Assembly: GCF_009914755.1 (NCBI RefSeq)
Contig: NC_060936.1
Source of the DNA: the human T2T-CHM13v2.0 reference genome, Homo sapiens
Strand: one strand, 5' to 3'
Length of the DNA: 64,000 nucleotides
Position 1 is the first letter of the stretch. Every line of letters starts with the position of its first letter. Below the pieces are notes generated by a model, which searched no databases, was not told the DNA's origin, and was given only the letters and a program-made list of their open reading frames with translations. Made by a program: the position numbers and the translations under genes. Positions 1 through 21,307 of this stretch are shown here, piece by piece.

Positions 1-248
1 CTAACACGTGACCACCTACTGTGTGGTAGGCCCTTTCAAGGTACTAAGTATAAGATGAAGGAACAGCCTTTGTTCTTAGTGAGCTCCCATTTTAGTTGGG
101 AAAGTGAGGCCAACAATACTTAAAGGAGAAGGCCGGGCATGGTGGCTCACACCTGTAGTCTGAGCACTTTGGGAGGCTGAGGCGGGAGGACTGCTTGAGC
201 CCAGGAGTTCAAGATGAGCCTTGGTGACAGAACAGTACCCCATTTCTA

Positions 249-416
<168 letters not shown>

Positions 417-464
417 TTAAAAAACAAAAACAAAAACAAAAACAAAACAACTTAGGGAAGAGTA

Positions 465-1600
<1,136 letters not shown>

Positions 1601-2934
1601 TAGATGAAGGACTTGTTCCGGTTTGGGCAATACCAAAGCAGTTCTCTTACACAAGGCAGTCCTTGCCCCACCCCCGGTCCTCCGCATTTCTTACCAAGCA
1701 GTGAGCCCAGCTTGCTTGAATTTTCTGGGTGTCCTGCCTTTTGATGTTCATGGAGCGTGTACTTACTTATTTAGGGATGGGGTCTTGCTCTGTCACCCAG
1801 GCTGGAGTGCAGTGGTGCAATCACTACCCACTTCGGCCTTGACCACCTGGACTCAAACTATCCTCCCATCTTAGCCTCCTGGGTACCTGGGACCACAGGC
1901 ATGCATCACCACACCTGGCTAATTTTTATTTTTTTGTGGAGACAGGGTCTCACTATGTTGCCTAGGCTAGTCTCAAGCTCCTAGGCTCAAGGGATCCTCC
2001 CGCCTTGGTCTCTCAAAGTGCTGGGATTCTAGGCATGAGCCACCGCGCCTGGCCACATGGAGCATTTTGAGGAAGATCTGAGTACAGCCCTGGGGGACTG
2101 GGCCATCCCTGGGCTCCAGGACAGCTGGGGCCGGGCCAGGGCAGTGGCCAGCTCTGGCTTTCCCCAGCGGGAAGAGAGAGGGCTGCCTCTGCTGGTTTTG
2201 GTTCCTCCAAGGCAGTTATCAACGGCTACAGTTGACCACTTCCCTTCCTAGGGCAAAAGCCCTGTCCTGGCTCTGGTAGAGTGTGAGAAAATGGACAGAG
2301 GGAGAGAAAAGTAGATGAGTTCTCAGCCAGAGACAGGGTGGGGGTTCTGCTGGGATTTCTTAGAGTGACATCTGTTGTTTAGGCCCAGAGGTGCCTTTCC
2401 CAGCAGATAAGATTTATCTACAGCAGTGACGGCCACACGACGGGATCTGCACAAGGCCTGGGCACCGATGCCTGATGACGCAGCTATGTGAAAAGGGCAC
2501 GGTCACCTCCAACTCTCTTCTCTGGCACTCGGCTCAGCCTTCTGCCTCACAGTTCAGAGTCACACAGAAGAGTAGGAAGAACACAGGCATTGCATCAAAG
2601 AGGCCTGGGTGTAAATCCTGCCTCAATGGTTTCCCTTGCCCGCTGGGTGATCTGTCATCAATTCAGCAAAGAGTTTCTGAGTGCCAACTATGTGCTAGGC
2701 AGAGAACACAGAGTTGAGTAAGACAGGCAGGTCCTGCCTGCCCTCATTAAACTTAGTCTATATAGGGAGGCACACAAATACTAAACGACAAATTACAAAG
2801 TGATAAGCATTGAAAAGGGGGCTGGGTGCGGGGGCTCACGCCTGCAATCCCAGCACTTTGGGAGGTTGAAGCAGGCAGATCACTTGAGGCCAGGAGTTCA
2901 AAACCAGCCTGGGAAACATAGTGAGACTCTGTCT

Positions 2935-3062
2935 CTACATACATATATGTATATACACACACACACATATATATACACACACACACACTTATATATAAAC
3001 ATTTCTATAATTATAATTGTATAATTATAATTGTATAATTACATATATTTTGTTTATTTTGT

Positions 3063-3098
<36 letters not shown>
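2935..3098. repeat. Compound (TA)/(CA) microsatellite in an Alu linker
   Basis: TA and CA runs plus tataattataattg repeats between the two Alu arms. Confidence 0.9.
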
Positions 3099-3099
<1 letters not shown>

Positions 3100-3490
3100 A
3101 CCTAGCCAGGTGTGGTGGTGCATGCCTGTATTCCCAGCTACTCAGGAGGCTGAGGCCAGAGGATTGCTTGAGTCTGGGAGGTCAAGGCTGCAGTGAGATG
3201 TGATCACGCCACTGCACTCCAGCCTGGGTGACAGAGTGGGACCCTGTCTTGAAAACAATGAAGTATTGCAAAGGAATGAGCTGGGGGTTGTGGTGGAGAT
3301 AACAAAAGGTGGAGACTGAGATGCAGATCCACTGAGGCAGGACAGCAGGGAAGGGGTCTCTGAGGAGGTGACATTTAAACGGACACTGAAAGCTGAAGTA
3401 GAAGCAGCTATGAAGAGAGAGGGACAACCTTTTCAGAAGAGAGAACAGCATGTGCGAAGGGCCTGAGGTGGGAAGAGCTTGGCCTTATGA

Positions 3491-4530
<1,040 letters not shown>

Positions 4531-6527
4531 TGATTAAAAAAGATAACTCTGGTTTATATAATAAACCAGATAAATCTGGGATTAGATTATAGGGAAGATA
4601 AAAATGGAAGTGTAGAGGAGAGATAAGGATGGCTTGGACAAGTCGGTTGGGAGTAGGGAAGGAAAAAGGGGCATGATTCCAGATCCATGTGGGAGACAGA
4701 AAAGACAGGGGGGAACTGTGGGTGGCATGGACATGTAGGGGAGAGGAAGGGGCAGAGCACCGGAGTGCACTGTGGTGCCCTCCATCAAGCAGAGAAGCCT
4801 GGGAGGGGGCCAGGTGGAGGATGTCCCCATTTTTGATAATGTTTTATTTGAATTGTCAAAGTGGAGGTGTCACCTGGGCAGTAGGATCTGAGTCAGGAAT
4901 TTGGCAGAGAGGCTTGGGCGTCATCAGTGCACAACTGGTATTGACAACAAGGCCTGGGCTGTGATCCCCTTCCAGAGTGTTGACAAAGGGGTTCAGGACC
5001 AAGCTAGGGCCTGGGCAGGTGAGGAAGAGGCTGCAAAGGAGACAGAAAGAGTAGCCAAGAGGTAGAAGGAAAAACCAAGGGTGTGTGGGATCCTGGAAAC
5101 CAAAAGAGGAGCGTTTTGAGGAAGAGGAAGGAATAAGTGGTGTCAGATGGAAACTGATAGGGTGAACAGCGCAGAGAGGGAGAGAGTGGAAAGGAGATAC
5201 AAAAGCACTTGAAGGGAGCAGAGAAATGGGAGGACAGCTGGAGGGGCCCACACTGGAGTCCCCCCAAGACTAGCATAGCACCTGGAATGCAAGAACACCC
5301 ATTGATTCAGTTCTTACTATATGCCACTCACAGCGCGAAGCATCTTTTTTTTTTTTTTTTTTTGAGATGGAGTCTTGCTATGTCGCCCAGGCTGCAGTGC
5401 GGTGGCACGATCTCAGCTCACTGCAACCTCCGTCTCCCAGGTTCAAGCGATTCTCCTGCCTCAGCCCTGCCTAGTACCTGGGATTACAGGTGCACACCAC
5501 CACGCCTGGCTAATTTTTGTATTTTTAGTAGAGATGGGGTTTCACCATATTGGCTAGACTGGTCTCGAACTCCTGACCTCGTGATCTGCCCACCTCGGCC
5601 TCCCAAAGTGCTGGGATTACAGGCATAAGCCACTGTGTCTGGCCGTTAAGCATCTTGTCTCCATTTCACAGCTAAGGCTGAGACTCAGAGAATTATTCAC
5701 AAGGCCACACAGCTGGTAAGAGGCAGAGCTAGAACATGAACCTGGCTCCCAATACAGGATTCTCAGTGGGCTCCTTCTCTGCCCGCAGAGACAGAGGGGG
5801 TGCTGCTACTGTTCGTGGGTCAAGTTCTCCAGTCCTTTAGGATCTTTCTTGTCTGCTTTGTATTATTATTTTTTTGTTGAGTCAGGGTCTCACTATGTTG
5901 CCCAGGCTGGTCTTGAACTCCTAGCTTCAAGCGATCCTCCCGTCTTGGCCTCCTAAAGTGTTGGGATTACAGGCGTGAGCCTCTATGCCCAGCCTTTCCT
6001 GTCTGTTGAAGTCGGTGAGACTTAACATTGGGAAGATGGAGGCAGAAGACACTAGAAATATGCTCTAACTCACTTTAGTGAGCAGAGCCTTACACTCAAG
6101 GGTTTAGCAGCATCTCCTTGTTCCACCTGCTGGTTGCTAGTGGAAAGTGCTCTCCACACCTCGGTTCCGCCCTCCAGGCCAACTAGAGGCTTCCGCAGCC
6201 GCTGCAGCACTGGAGCAGAGCCGAGGTGGGAGGACTCCTGGCTTCTCCACCACCGGAGTCTACATTGAACTCCCTCGCACCCCTTGCAGTTACCTGTTGC
6301 AGCAGAGGTCATGTGATCATCAAATGCTCTGGCCAGGGGGACCCGAGCACTGTCTGCAGGGACTTCCAGGAGTTTCCTCCTCCTGCGTCTCCTTCCTCTG
6401 GACAAGGCCCAGTGCTGAGTCACTCCGTCCACTGGCCCTGGGCAGCCCCCGCTTCCCTCCTTCCGTTTTTGAGAGGAGTGGACCTGTTTACTCATTGTTG
6501 GGTCAGGGAGTCTGGTGCTTACTGTCA

Positions 6528-7130
<603 letters not shown>

Positions 7131-7489
7131 CTAGGCCTCCGTCATTCTATGGGGGCCCCACTGCCTTCCAGCCGTCTCCTGTTTGCTCCAGTCAGCCTGA
7201 ACTGGTTTTGTTGTCTGCAGCCTAGGAGCCCAGTCCAGGAGCTGAGGGAGAGACAGAGAAGACGAGGTCCTTTCTGGTAAGGGACACACTCGAAGTGCGG
7301 GAGGCAGAGCCGAGAACAGCCAGATCGAATGTGAGGCTGAAGAGTGAAATGGCCAGTGATGATGATAACGGGGAGATAACAGCGCCGCTGCCCCTCCTCT
7401 CCTGGCCGTGTGCCAGGCGCTGCGCCGGGCACATGATACACATCTCTTCTTCTAGTCTTCACAATGGCCATGAGGTAGGCCCTCCGATG

Positions 7490-7860
7490 AGTTAGGATTA
7501 TGTTCTGCGCAGTAGAAAGTCCTAAATATCAGTGGCTTAAACAAGCCAGCGCTATTTCTCATGCCACAGGCTGGAGGCATGAAGTCCAGGGCTGTAAGTT
7601 GCCTCCGTTCCACAAGGTGGCAGGGACCCCCCGCTCTGCCAGGCCTAAGGGCCTTCTTCCTCCTGGTCCAAGAGGGCAGCATCTGCATTTCAGGCAGGAG
7701 GACCCAGGAGGGGGCGAACAAGATTGGGACCATAGACACGTGCCGGCCACCTCTCCGAGGAATTGCCCAGAGTGGCCACACGACACTGCTGCTCCCAGCC
7801 CGTGGGCAGCACTTAGTCCCATGAACAAAGGAGACAGGAATTGTGGCCTTTATTTAGGGC
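7490..7860. mobile_element. Old ERVL/MaLR solo-LTR fragment (LTR33/MLT1-like)
   Basis: agttaggatt...tcagtggcttaaacaa...tatttctca...ctggagg signature. Confidence 0.5.
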
Positions 7861-8309
7861 ACCACATGCTAAGCTAAAAAGTCTGCGATTGTTGAAGAAG
7901 TGGAGAAGAGATCTTTGGGAACCTGCCAGTTATGGTACAGATAAGAAAGACAAGGCTCAGAGAAGTGAAGCTGTTTGTCCTTGTCGCCCAGCCATGAAGC
8001 GGCAGGGTAGGACTCCAATGGGACTTAAACTCTGAATCACACAGAGGACAGCAAAATCGCAGGGAGCCAGAGGAGGCCTTTGGGGCAGTGGCGTTTAAGC
8101 TGGGTCTCCTGGGCTAGGAAAAGGGGAGAAAGGACATCGAAGCAGCCAAGTTGTAGAAGAGTGAGTATCTTTTGAAGAAAACCGCTTATCTCGGGGTGGC
8201 ATTTCTGGGCCACTGCCTGACTATCTCCAGCAATGGGGAGTTCACTTTCTGTGAGGCAACTCATTGTACTTGGGAATATTTCGATCTCTCTCTCTCTTTT
8301 TTTGTTTGA

Positions 8310-8468
<159 letters not shown>

Positions 8469-8489
8469 TAATTGGAGTTTTCCCTCAGA

Positions 8490-8922
8490 GAGTGTGACTG
8501 CTGTCTTCTGTTTTTCCCTGCTCGGCATCTCTTGCCCTTCTTCTGGTACCATCGACTGTCCGATAATTTCAGTCCAGGTGGTTTGAGAGGCTGACCTAAC
8601 CAGGCTAGTGGGGCTCAAGAGTGGAACTCCAGCTGGAACTCTTAGTGGAGAAGTCTCAGCTGGGACTACTATTTGCAAGGATGGATGGGCCCAGCCCCAT
8701 GGGGCATCACATGGGGAAGGCCCGCCTGGAAGTTAGACCAACACAGAGCAGAGAGCAGGGCCACAGGATGGAGAAACAGAGGCCGCATCTGGTCTCACTG
8801 AGGCCTTGTATCCAGCTGCGCCCAGTGCTACCCTGGACATGTTATTGTACAAGCCAGCAGATTCCCTCTGCGCTACGGCCAGTTTGTTTCTGTCACTTTC
8901 ACCTGAAGAGCGCTGACTAATG
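8490..8922 (+). mobile_element. LTR16-like ERVL solo LTR
   Basis: cccttcttctggtac...tcagtccaggtggtt start; end ccagtttgtttctgtcactttcacctgaagagcgctgactaat resembles the LTR16 3' terminus. Confidence 0.65.
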
Positions 8923-9010
8923 GAGGTAGAGCGCTCCAGCCTGTTTTTATCACCATCTAGAGGGAGCTGGGGAACACCTGTGTGTTTTATAAAACTACTA
9001 GGGCCTAGAG

Positions 9011-9196
9011 CAGTGTTTTTCCAAGTGCAGGCCACAAAAAAACAATACCAGCATCACTCTGATACTAAACTTGATGAAAATGCACATTCTTGGGCCCCAA
9101 CTTCCAAATCAGAATCTTGGGCAGTGAGGCCCAGGACTCTGCATTTTGTCTAGCACTCCAGGAGATCTTCAGGGCACCCAATTTGAGAACCAGTGG
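9011..9196. mobile_element. MER5-like hAT-Charlie element
   Basis: cagtgtttttccaagtg...aaaatgcacattcttgggcccc...aatcagaatct...tttgagaaccagtg with terminal inverted repeats. Confidence 0.7.
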
Positions 9197-9255
9197 CTGA
9201 ATTAGGTGACCTGGGATCCAATCTAGCTCAGAGCCTGCCACCAACTTGGATATTA

Positions 9256-9711
<456 letters not shown>

Positions 9712-10117
9712 TCACTGCAACCTCGCCTCCCGGGTTCAAGTGATTCTCTTGCCTCAGCCTCCCCAGTAGCTGGGGCTACAAGTGACTAAAACTTGGTCTA
9801 ACACATCACAGGCACACATATATGCTTGTAAATACAAAGTAATGATCTAGAAGAAGACAGAAGAAACCAAGACTGAGGAAGTCTTGGCATCAAAATGGCC
9901 CTGGTTTCTGGTTCTAGATCAGCGCGGCTCCCCCACCCCTTCTGGTCTGGGCCTGGTGTATGTGGCCCTGAGTCAACCTTTGGTGAGCACGCAGGTACTT
10001 ACCAGGGGCTTGGGGCCAAGTGGGGCCATCTGTGACACAGGGTCAGGAAGTTAGATGCTTGCAAATAAGCATTTCAGATGAGCCAGTCTACTTTCAAATG
10101 CCGTTGGGGTGAGGTAG

Positions 10118-10526
<409 letters not shown>

Positions 10527-10891
10527 TAGTAGAAATATGGTTTCTCCATGTTGGTCAGCCTGGTCTCGAACTCCTGACCTCAGGTGATCTGCCCGCCTCG
10601 GCCTCCCAAAGTGCTGGGATTACAGGCATGAGTCACCATGCCCAGCAATTTTTGTATTTTTAGTAGAGTCAGGGTTTCACCATGTTGGCTAGGCTGGTCT
10701 TGAACTCCTGACCTCAAGTGATCCTCCTGCCTTGGCCTCCCAAAGTTCTGGGATTACAGGTGTGAGCCACCGCACCAGGCCCAGTAAACTATTTTAAAAA
10801 ATGCAAGGCTTGGTGCAGTGGCTCCCAGCGCTTTGGGAGGATCATTTGAGCCCGGGAGTTTGAGACCAGCCTGGGCAACATAGTAAGGTCA

Positions 10892-11053
<162 letters not shown>

Positions 11054-11335
11054 TTAGAAGACAGAGTGAGATCCTGACTCTAAAAAAAAAGGAAAAAAAA
11101 TTAAAAATTAAAAAAAATTTAAAAAATCATCTTGTGGCGATCCAAGCAGAAATATTTATACATAAAATGGTATCTAAGACTTCAAAATAACCATATTGGG
11201 CGAGTGCCGTGGAGATGAAACAAATTTGGCTCCAACTTGATGCCTGCTAAGGCTGAATGATAGGTATGTGGGGCTTCAGAAGTACTCTTCTACTTGTGTA
11301 TATATTTGATTCTTTTTCAGAGTTAAAACAAATAA

Positions 11336-11713
<378 letters not shown>

Positions 11714-13675
11714 TAAAAATTTTTTGGGACCTCTCCAGTTTGATTGACAATTTGACTGCATGAAATTTATCCAACAGAGATCACCTAAGTTGAACATGTG
11801 TACGCCTAAGTATGGGCCAGGATATTCCCTCTGGCATGATTTATAGTAGCAAACAAGGGCAAACAACCTAAAAGTCCGTCCATGGGGGGTGGTTAAATAA
11901 ATGATGGTAAAGCCATACAAAGGAATATTGTGTGGCTCTTAAGAAGAAGGTAGCAATATGTACACATAATACAGAATAATCCCCAAGATTTATTATTTAG
12001 TATAGGTTAATATACTCACTTAAATAGAAATGTAGAAGTGTATACAAAAAATAGTGTGGGCCAGGCATGGTGGCTCACGCCTGTAATCACAACACTTTGG
12101 GAGGCTGATGCGGGCAGATTGCTTAAGCCCAGGAGTTTGAGACCAGCCTGGGGCAACATAGCAAGACCCTGTCTCTACCAATAATTAAAAAAAAAAAAAA
12201 TTAGCCAGGTGTGGTAGTGCGTGCCTGTGGTCCCAGCTACTTGAGAGGCTGAGACGGGAGGATCACTTGAGGCCAGGAGTTGGAAGCTGCCGTGAACTAT
12301 GATTGTGCCACTGCACTATAGCCTGGGCATCAGAGTGAGACCCTGCCTCTAAAAAGAATAAAGTTAAAAAACAAAAATAGAACACACCTCCCCAGGTAAA
12401 CAAATGCAGGGGTAGTAGCTAAAGCACTGTCACTGTAAATGAACAGCCACACCTGGTGACTAGTAGGCCCCCAGGTATCCCCCTGGGCTGGGTTTCAGGG
12501 ATGGGGCCCTGCCATTCCTTCTGGCACAATCCTAGAGCTGGCCTAGGGTCCACTGAGCTCACTTGCCTCTTTTGGCCCCGATGCAGTGGGCACTTCTCCA
12601 CCTGCACATGTTCACCTCCAGGAGGCAGGCTGGGAAAGAAGCTTGTTACAAAGAACAAACGTTTCCAGGTAAACACTGTCAGCTGTGATGGCATAAAACA
12701 GGTCCCCATGTCTGATCATACGGTTTTTTTTCCCCACACACGTTTTTTCTATTGTACTTTTGGCTTCACGCTTCTCTATTTTCAATGAAGTGAAGAAGAA
12801 CCTTATTTCAATAAGCTTTTTGAAAAATTAGAATCAGGGGCTGAGTTGAAAGAATAGAATGAAATAGAGCTCTACAATGTATTAATATGGGAAATCTACA
12901 AGATACAGTAAGTAATGAAAACAATGACTCGATGTCATTTGTTAGGAAGATAGGTACTTATACACGCTGGCACAAAAAACAAACAGGGACAGTTTCCTCT
13001 GGGGAGGGATCAGGGGCAAAGGGACAATTTAATTTCACATTTTAAAGTGTCTGCATTTTTGTTTTAAAAGACTGTTTTCCAGCCTGGGCAACATGGAGAG
13101 ACCCTCACCTCAGGTTCGGGAGGCTGAGGTGGGGGGATTGCTTGAGCCTGGGAGGTTGAGGCTGCAGTGAGTCGTGATTGCACCACTGCACTCCAAGCCT
13201 GCGCAACAGAGCAAGACACTGTCTCAAAAAAAAAAAAAAAATTGTTTACAGTGCTTTTATGTTCATGGCAAAATTGAAAGGAAGGTACAGAGATTTCTCA
13301 TATACCCTTTGCCCCCACTCCATGCATAGGAGTATTTGGATCTTTAAACCATGATTTACATGCTATAACATTTATTAAAAAATTAATTTAAAATGTTAAA
13401 ATATGCTAAAAGAAAAGAAAAGAATCTGGGAGGCTGAGGTGGGAGGGTAGGAGGATCGCTTGACATCAAGGCTACCGTGAGCTGTGAGTGCACCAGGGCA
13501 ATCCAGCCTGGGAGACAGAGTGAGACCCTGTTTCAAAAAGAACCAGTAATTGATTTGTTGACTGCATGAAATTACTTTCCTGGCTGGGCGCGGTGGCTCA
13601 CGCCTGTAATCCCAGCACTTTGGGAGGCCGAGGCAGGTGGATCATGAGGTCAGGAGATCAAGACCATCCTGGCTA

Positions 13676-13898
<223 letters not shown>

Positions 13899-14109
13899 TT
13901 ACTTTTCCTTCAGTTTCCTAGTTGGCTCTGTGTTACTTCTGGAAAGCTTGTGGATCTCTGTGGAACAGAATTTCCTAACTGTGCTTTTAGCAAACTATCA
14001 GCTACATGATGGTAGGGGGATGGAGTTCTTGTTTTGTTGTTACTGTGTTTTACACCTTTCATCAGTGCTACCTGGATTTGGTGGCAGGAAATAGTCAAAC
14101 AATAAAAAT

Positions 14110-15770
14110 AATACCTAATATTTGCTGCCTATTATGTGTCTGGGTTCTTTCCATGTACTAATTTATTTAGTCTCAGAGTAACCATTGATATAGATGCTGC
14201 TATCCCTATTTTTTTATTATTATTATACTTTAAGTTCTAGGGTACATGTGCACAATGTGCAGGTTTGTTACATAGGTATACATGTGCCATGTTGGCTTGC
14301 TGCACCCATCAACTCGACATTTACATTAGGTATTTCTCCTAATGCTATCCCTCCCCCAACCCCCCACCCCCCGACAGGCCCCTGTGTGTGATGTTCCCCA
14401 CCCTGTGTCCATGTGTTCTCATTGTTCAACTCCCACTTACGAGTGAGAACATGCAATGTTTGGTTTTCTGTTCCTGTGTTAGTTTGTTGAGAATGATGGT
14501 TTCCAGATTCATCCATGTCCCTTCAAAGGACATGAACTCATCCTTTTTATGGCTGCATAGCATTCCATGGTGTATATGTGCCACATTTTCTTAATCCAGT
14601 CTATCATTGATGAACATTTGGGTTGGTTCCAAGTCTTTGCTATTGGGAGTAGTGCTGCAGTAAACATATGTGTGCATGTGTCTTTATAGTAGAATGATTT
14701 ATAATCCTTTGGGTATATACCCAGTAATGGGATCACTGGGTCAAATGGTATTTCTAGTTCTAGATCCTTGAGGAATCGCCACACTGTCTTCCACAATGGA
14801 TGAACTAATTTACAGTCCCACCAACAGTGTAAAAGTGTTCCTATTTCTCCACATCCTCTCCAGCACCTGTTGTTTCCTCACTTTTTAATGATCGCAATTC
14901 TAACTGGTGTGAGATGGTATCTCATTGTGGTTTTGATTTGCATTTCTCTGATGACCAGTGATGATGAGCATTTTTCATGCGTCTGTTGGCTGCACAAATG
15001 TCTTCTTTTGAGAAGTGTCTGTTCATATCCTTTGCTCACTTTTTGATGGGGTTTTTTCTTGTAAATTTAAGTTCTTTGTAGATTCTGGATATTAGCCCTT
15101 TGTCAGATGGGTAGATTGCAAAAATTTTCTCCCATTCTGTAGGTTGCCTGTTCACGCTGATATTTTATTTTGCTGTGCAGAAGCTCTTTAGTTTAATTAG
15201 ATCCCATTTGTCTATTTTGGCTTTTTTTGTTGCCATTGTTTTTGGTGTTTTAGTCATGAAGTCTTTGCCCATGCCTATGTCCTGAATGGTATTGTCTAGG
15301 TTTTCTTCTAGGGTTTGTATGGTTTTAGATCTTACACTGAAATATTTAATCCATCTTGAGGTAATTTTTGTATAAGGTGTAAGGAAGGGATCCAGTTTCA
15401 GCTTTCTGCATATGGCTAGCCAGTTTTCCCAGCACCATTTATTAAATAGGGAATCCTTTTCCCATTTCTTGTTTTTGTCAGGTTTGTCAAAGGTCAGATG
15501 GTTGTAAATGTGTGGTGTTATTTCTGAGGCCTCTGTTCTGTTCCATTGGTCTATATATCTGTTTTGGTACCAGTACCATGCTGTTTTGGTTACTATAACC
15601 TTGTAGCATAGCTTGAAGTCAGATGCTGCTATCCCTGTTTTACAAGGGAAGCACTGAGGCACAGGGAGATTAAGGGATTTGCCCAAGGTCACACACAACC
15701 AGAATGCAAGAGTCAGGATTCCCACCTGGGCCACTGGCTGCAAACCCCAGGCTTTAACCACTGCCCAGTA
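14110..15770. mobile_element. MIR split by the L1 insertion (about 14110-14207 and 15621-15770)
   Basis: MIR core (ttttacaagggaagcactgaggcacagggagattaagggatttgcccaaggtcacac) resumes right after the TSD. Confidence 0.75.
14208..15620 (-). mobile_element. 5'-truncated L1PA-type LINE-1 (ORF2 C-terminus + 3' UTR), about 1.4 kb
   Basis: L1PA 3' end sequence; ORF2 peptides ([37 protein letters not shown]); 16-bp TSD AGATGCTGCTATCCCT at 14192-14207 and 15621-15636. Confidence 0.95.
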
Positions 15771-16543
15771 TGGCCTCTCAAGAGAAGCAACAGCTTCCAG
15801 AAGCTGCCCCTGTGGGCTTCTGTAGACTGGGGTGCCAGTGTAACTAGCTACATGAATCCACCAACTCACTACAGAAAGGGGTACCCTGCTTCTGTAACAG
15901 CTAGGTTGAGCTGCATAGTTTGCAGAAAACCTTAGTATAGTTTTGAGTTAGTTTCCTACTTCTTTACAACAATTGGCTCTTAAAGGAATAGAAAGCTTAA
16001 ATGGAATCTCACCCATCTATCTATATTGTTTAGAAACTATTAGCAACTCAGAAAGTTCTCTCATGGCTGAAAGATATATATGACTCCAATGTTTATTCAT
16101 CAAAACAAACACATGCACAATGAAAATATTACAGTTATTACCAATGGGATCTCCATTACTCTTGGCAAAACAATTTTCTCCTGAGAATTCACAACCAGGA
16201 TCTGCAGGTTTGTGGCCTAATTTCATGAGACTTGTATGATCTGAAAAATGTCAAGTGGGTCTGGGCATGGTGGCTTACACCTGTAATCCCAGCACTTTGG
16301 GAGGCCAAGGTAGGCAGATTACTTGAGGTCAGGAGCTCGAGAACAGCTTGGCCAACATGGTGAAACCCCGCCTTTACTAAAAGTACAAAAATTAGCCGGG
16401 CATGGTGGCAGACACCTGTAAATCCTGCTACTTGGGAGGCTGAGACAGGAAAATTGCTTGAATCTGGGGTGGAGGTTGCAGTCAGTGAGCTGAGATCGCA
16501 CCACTGCACTCCAGCTTGGGTGACAGAGCGAGAGTCCATCTCA

Positions 16544-16575
<32 letters not shown>

Positions 16576-16589
16576 ATGTCAAGTGAGCA

Positions 16590-19465
<2,876 letters not shown>

Positions 19466-19468
19466 CTA

Positions 19469-19627
<159 letters not shown>

Positions 19628-19668
19628 TCAAACAACAACAACAAAACAACAACAAACCATTAAAAATA

Positions 19669-19986
19669 CAGTCACATGCCACCTAACGAGTTTTCAGTCA
19701 ATGATGGACCGCATATGTGATGGTGGTCCCATAAGACTATAATACCATATTTTTACTGTAGCTTTTCTATATATTTATATATGTTTAGATACAGAAATAC
19801 TTACCATTGTGTTATAATTGCCTACAGGGTCCAGTGCACGTTTGTAGCCTGGGAGCAATAGGCTCTACCGTATAGCTTATGTCATCTAGGTTTGTGTGGG
19901 GACACTATGGTGATTTGCACAATGATGAAATTGCCTAATGACATACTTCTCACAATGTATTCCCATCGTTAAGTGACACGGGACCA
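19669..19986. mobile_element. Tigger3a (MER7A)-like Tc1/mariner element
   Basis: TA|cagtca...ggaccgcatatgtgatggtggtcccataagactataatacc...cccatcgttaagtgacac, degenerate TIRs. Confidence 0.8.
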
Positions 19987-20338
19987 TATATATTATATAA
20001 AATAACATATAAAATGACAATATACCTTATAGATACACACACATTGAAAAACAGACACACAGGCCGGGCGTGGTGGTTCATGCATGTCATCTCAGCACTT
20101 CGGGAGGCCAAGGTGGGTGGATGGCTTGAGGTCAGGAGTTCGAGACCAGCCTGGCAAATGTGGTGAAAACCCGTCTCAACTAAAAATACAAAAATTAGCC
20201 ACGTGTGGTGGTGGGTGCCTGTAATTCCAGGTACTCGGGAGGCTGAGGCAGGAGAATCACTTGAATCCGGGAAGCGGAGGTTGCACTGAGCCAAGTTAGC
20301 ACTAGTGCACTCCAGCCTGGGCGACAGAGAAACTGTCT

Positions 20339-20374
<36 letters not shown>

Positions 20375-20430
20375 GGGCACTGAAATCCCCTTGATGAAAA
20401 ACCCTGGTCTCCTAAAGGATGCTTTGTTCA

Positions 20431-20775
<345 letters not shown>

Positions 20776-20863
20776 TCAAAAAAAGAAAAAAGAAATGAAA
20801 ACCAGCAAATAACTTGGAAAATGGTAGTTACATGTTGACTTTCTTTTTTTTTTGGAGATGTAG

Positions 20864-21016
<153 letters not shown>

Positions 21017-21307
21017 TAGTAGAGATGAGTTTCACCGTGTTGCTCAGGCTGGTTTTGAACTCTCGAGCTCAGGCAATCTGCCCACCTCGGCCTCACAAAG
21101 TGTTGGGATTACAGGCGTGAGCCACCGTGCCTGGCCATGTGTTGACTTTCTACTTGGAGAATACTTGGATTGAACTTCTTAGCTATTTGGATCTTAGACA
21201 AGGCATCACAAAATCAGGGAAGGCTCTACCTAATAAGTTGTACTAACATCTTACTAATGCTGGTCTACAAACACAGGCCTGTATGTAGCAGCCAATATTT
21301 TTCCTAG

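Noticed and set aside
15165-15869. 234-aa ORF with L1 ORF2 similarity
   Set aside because: Fragment of a truncated L1 fused by chance to flanking MIR sequence; no promoter, RT or endonuclease domain.
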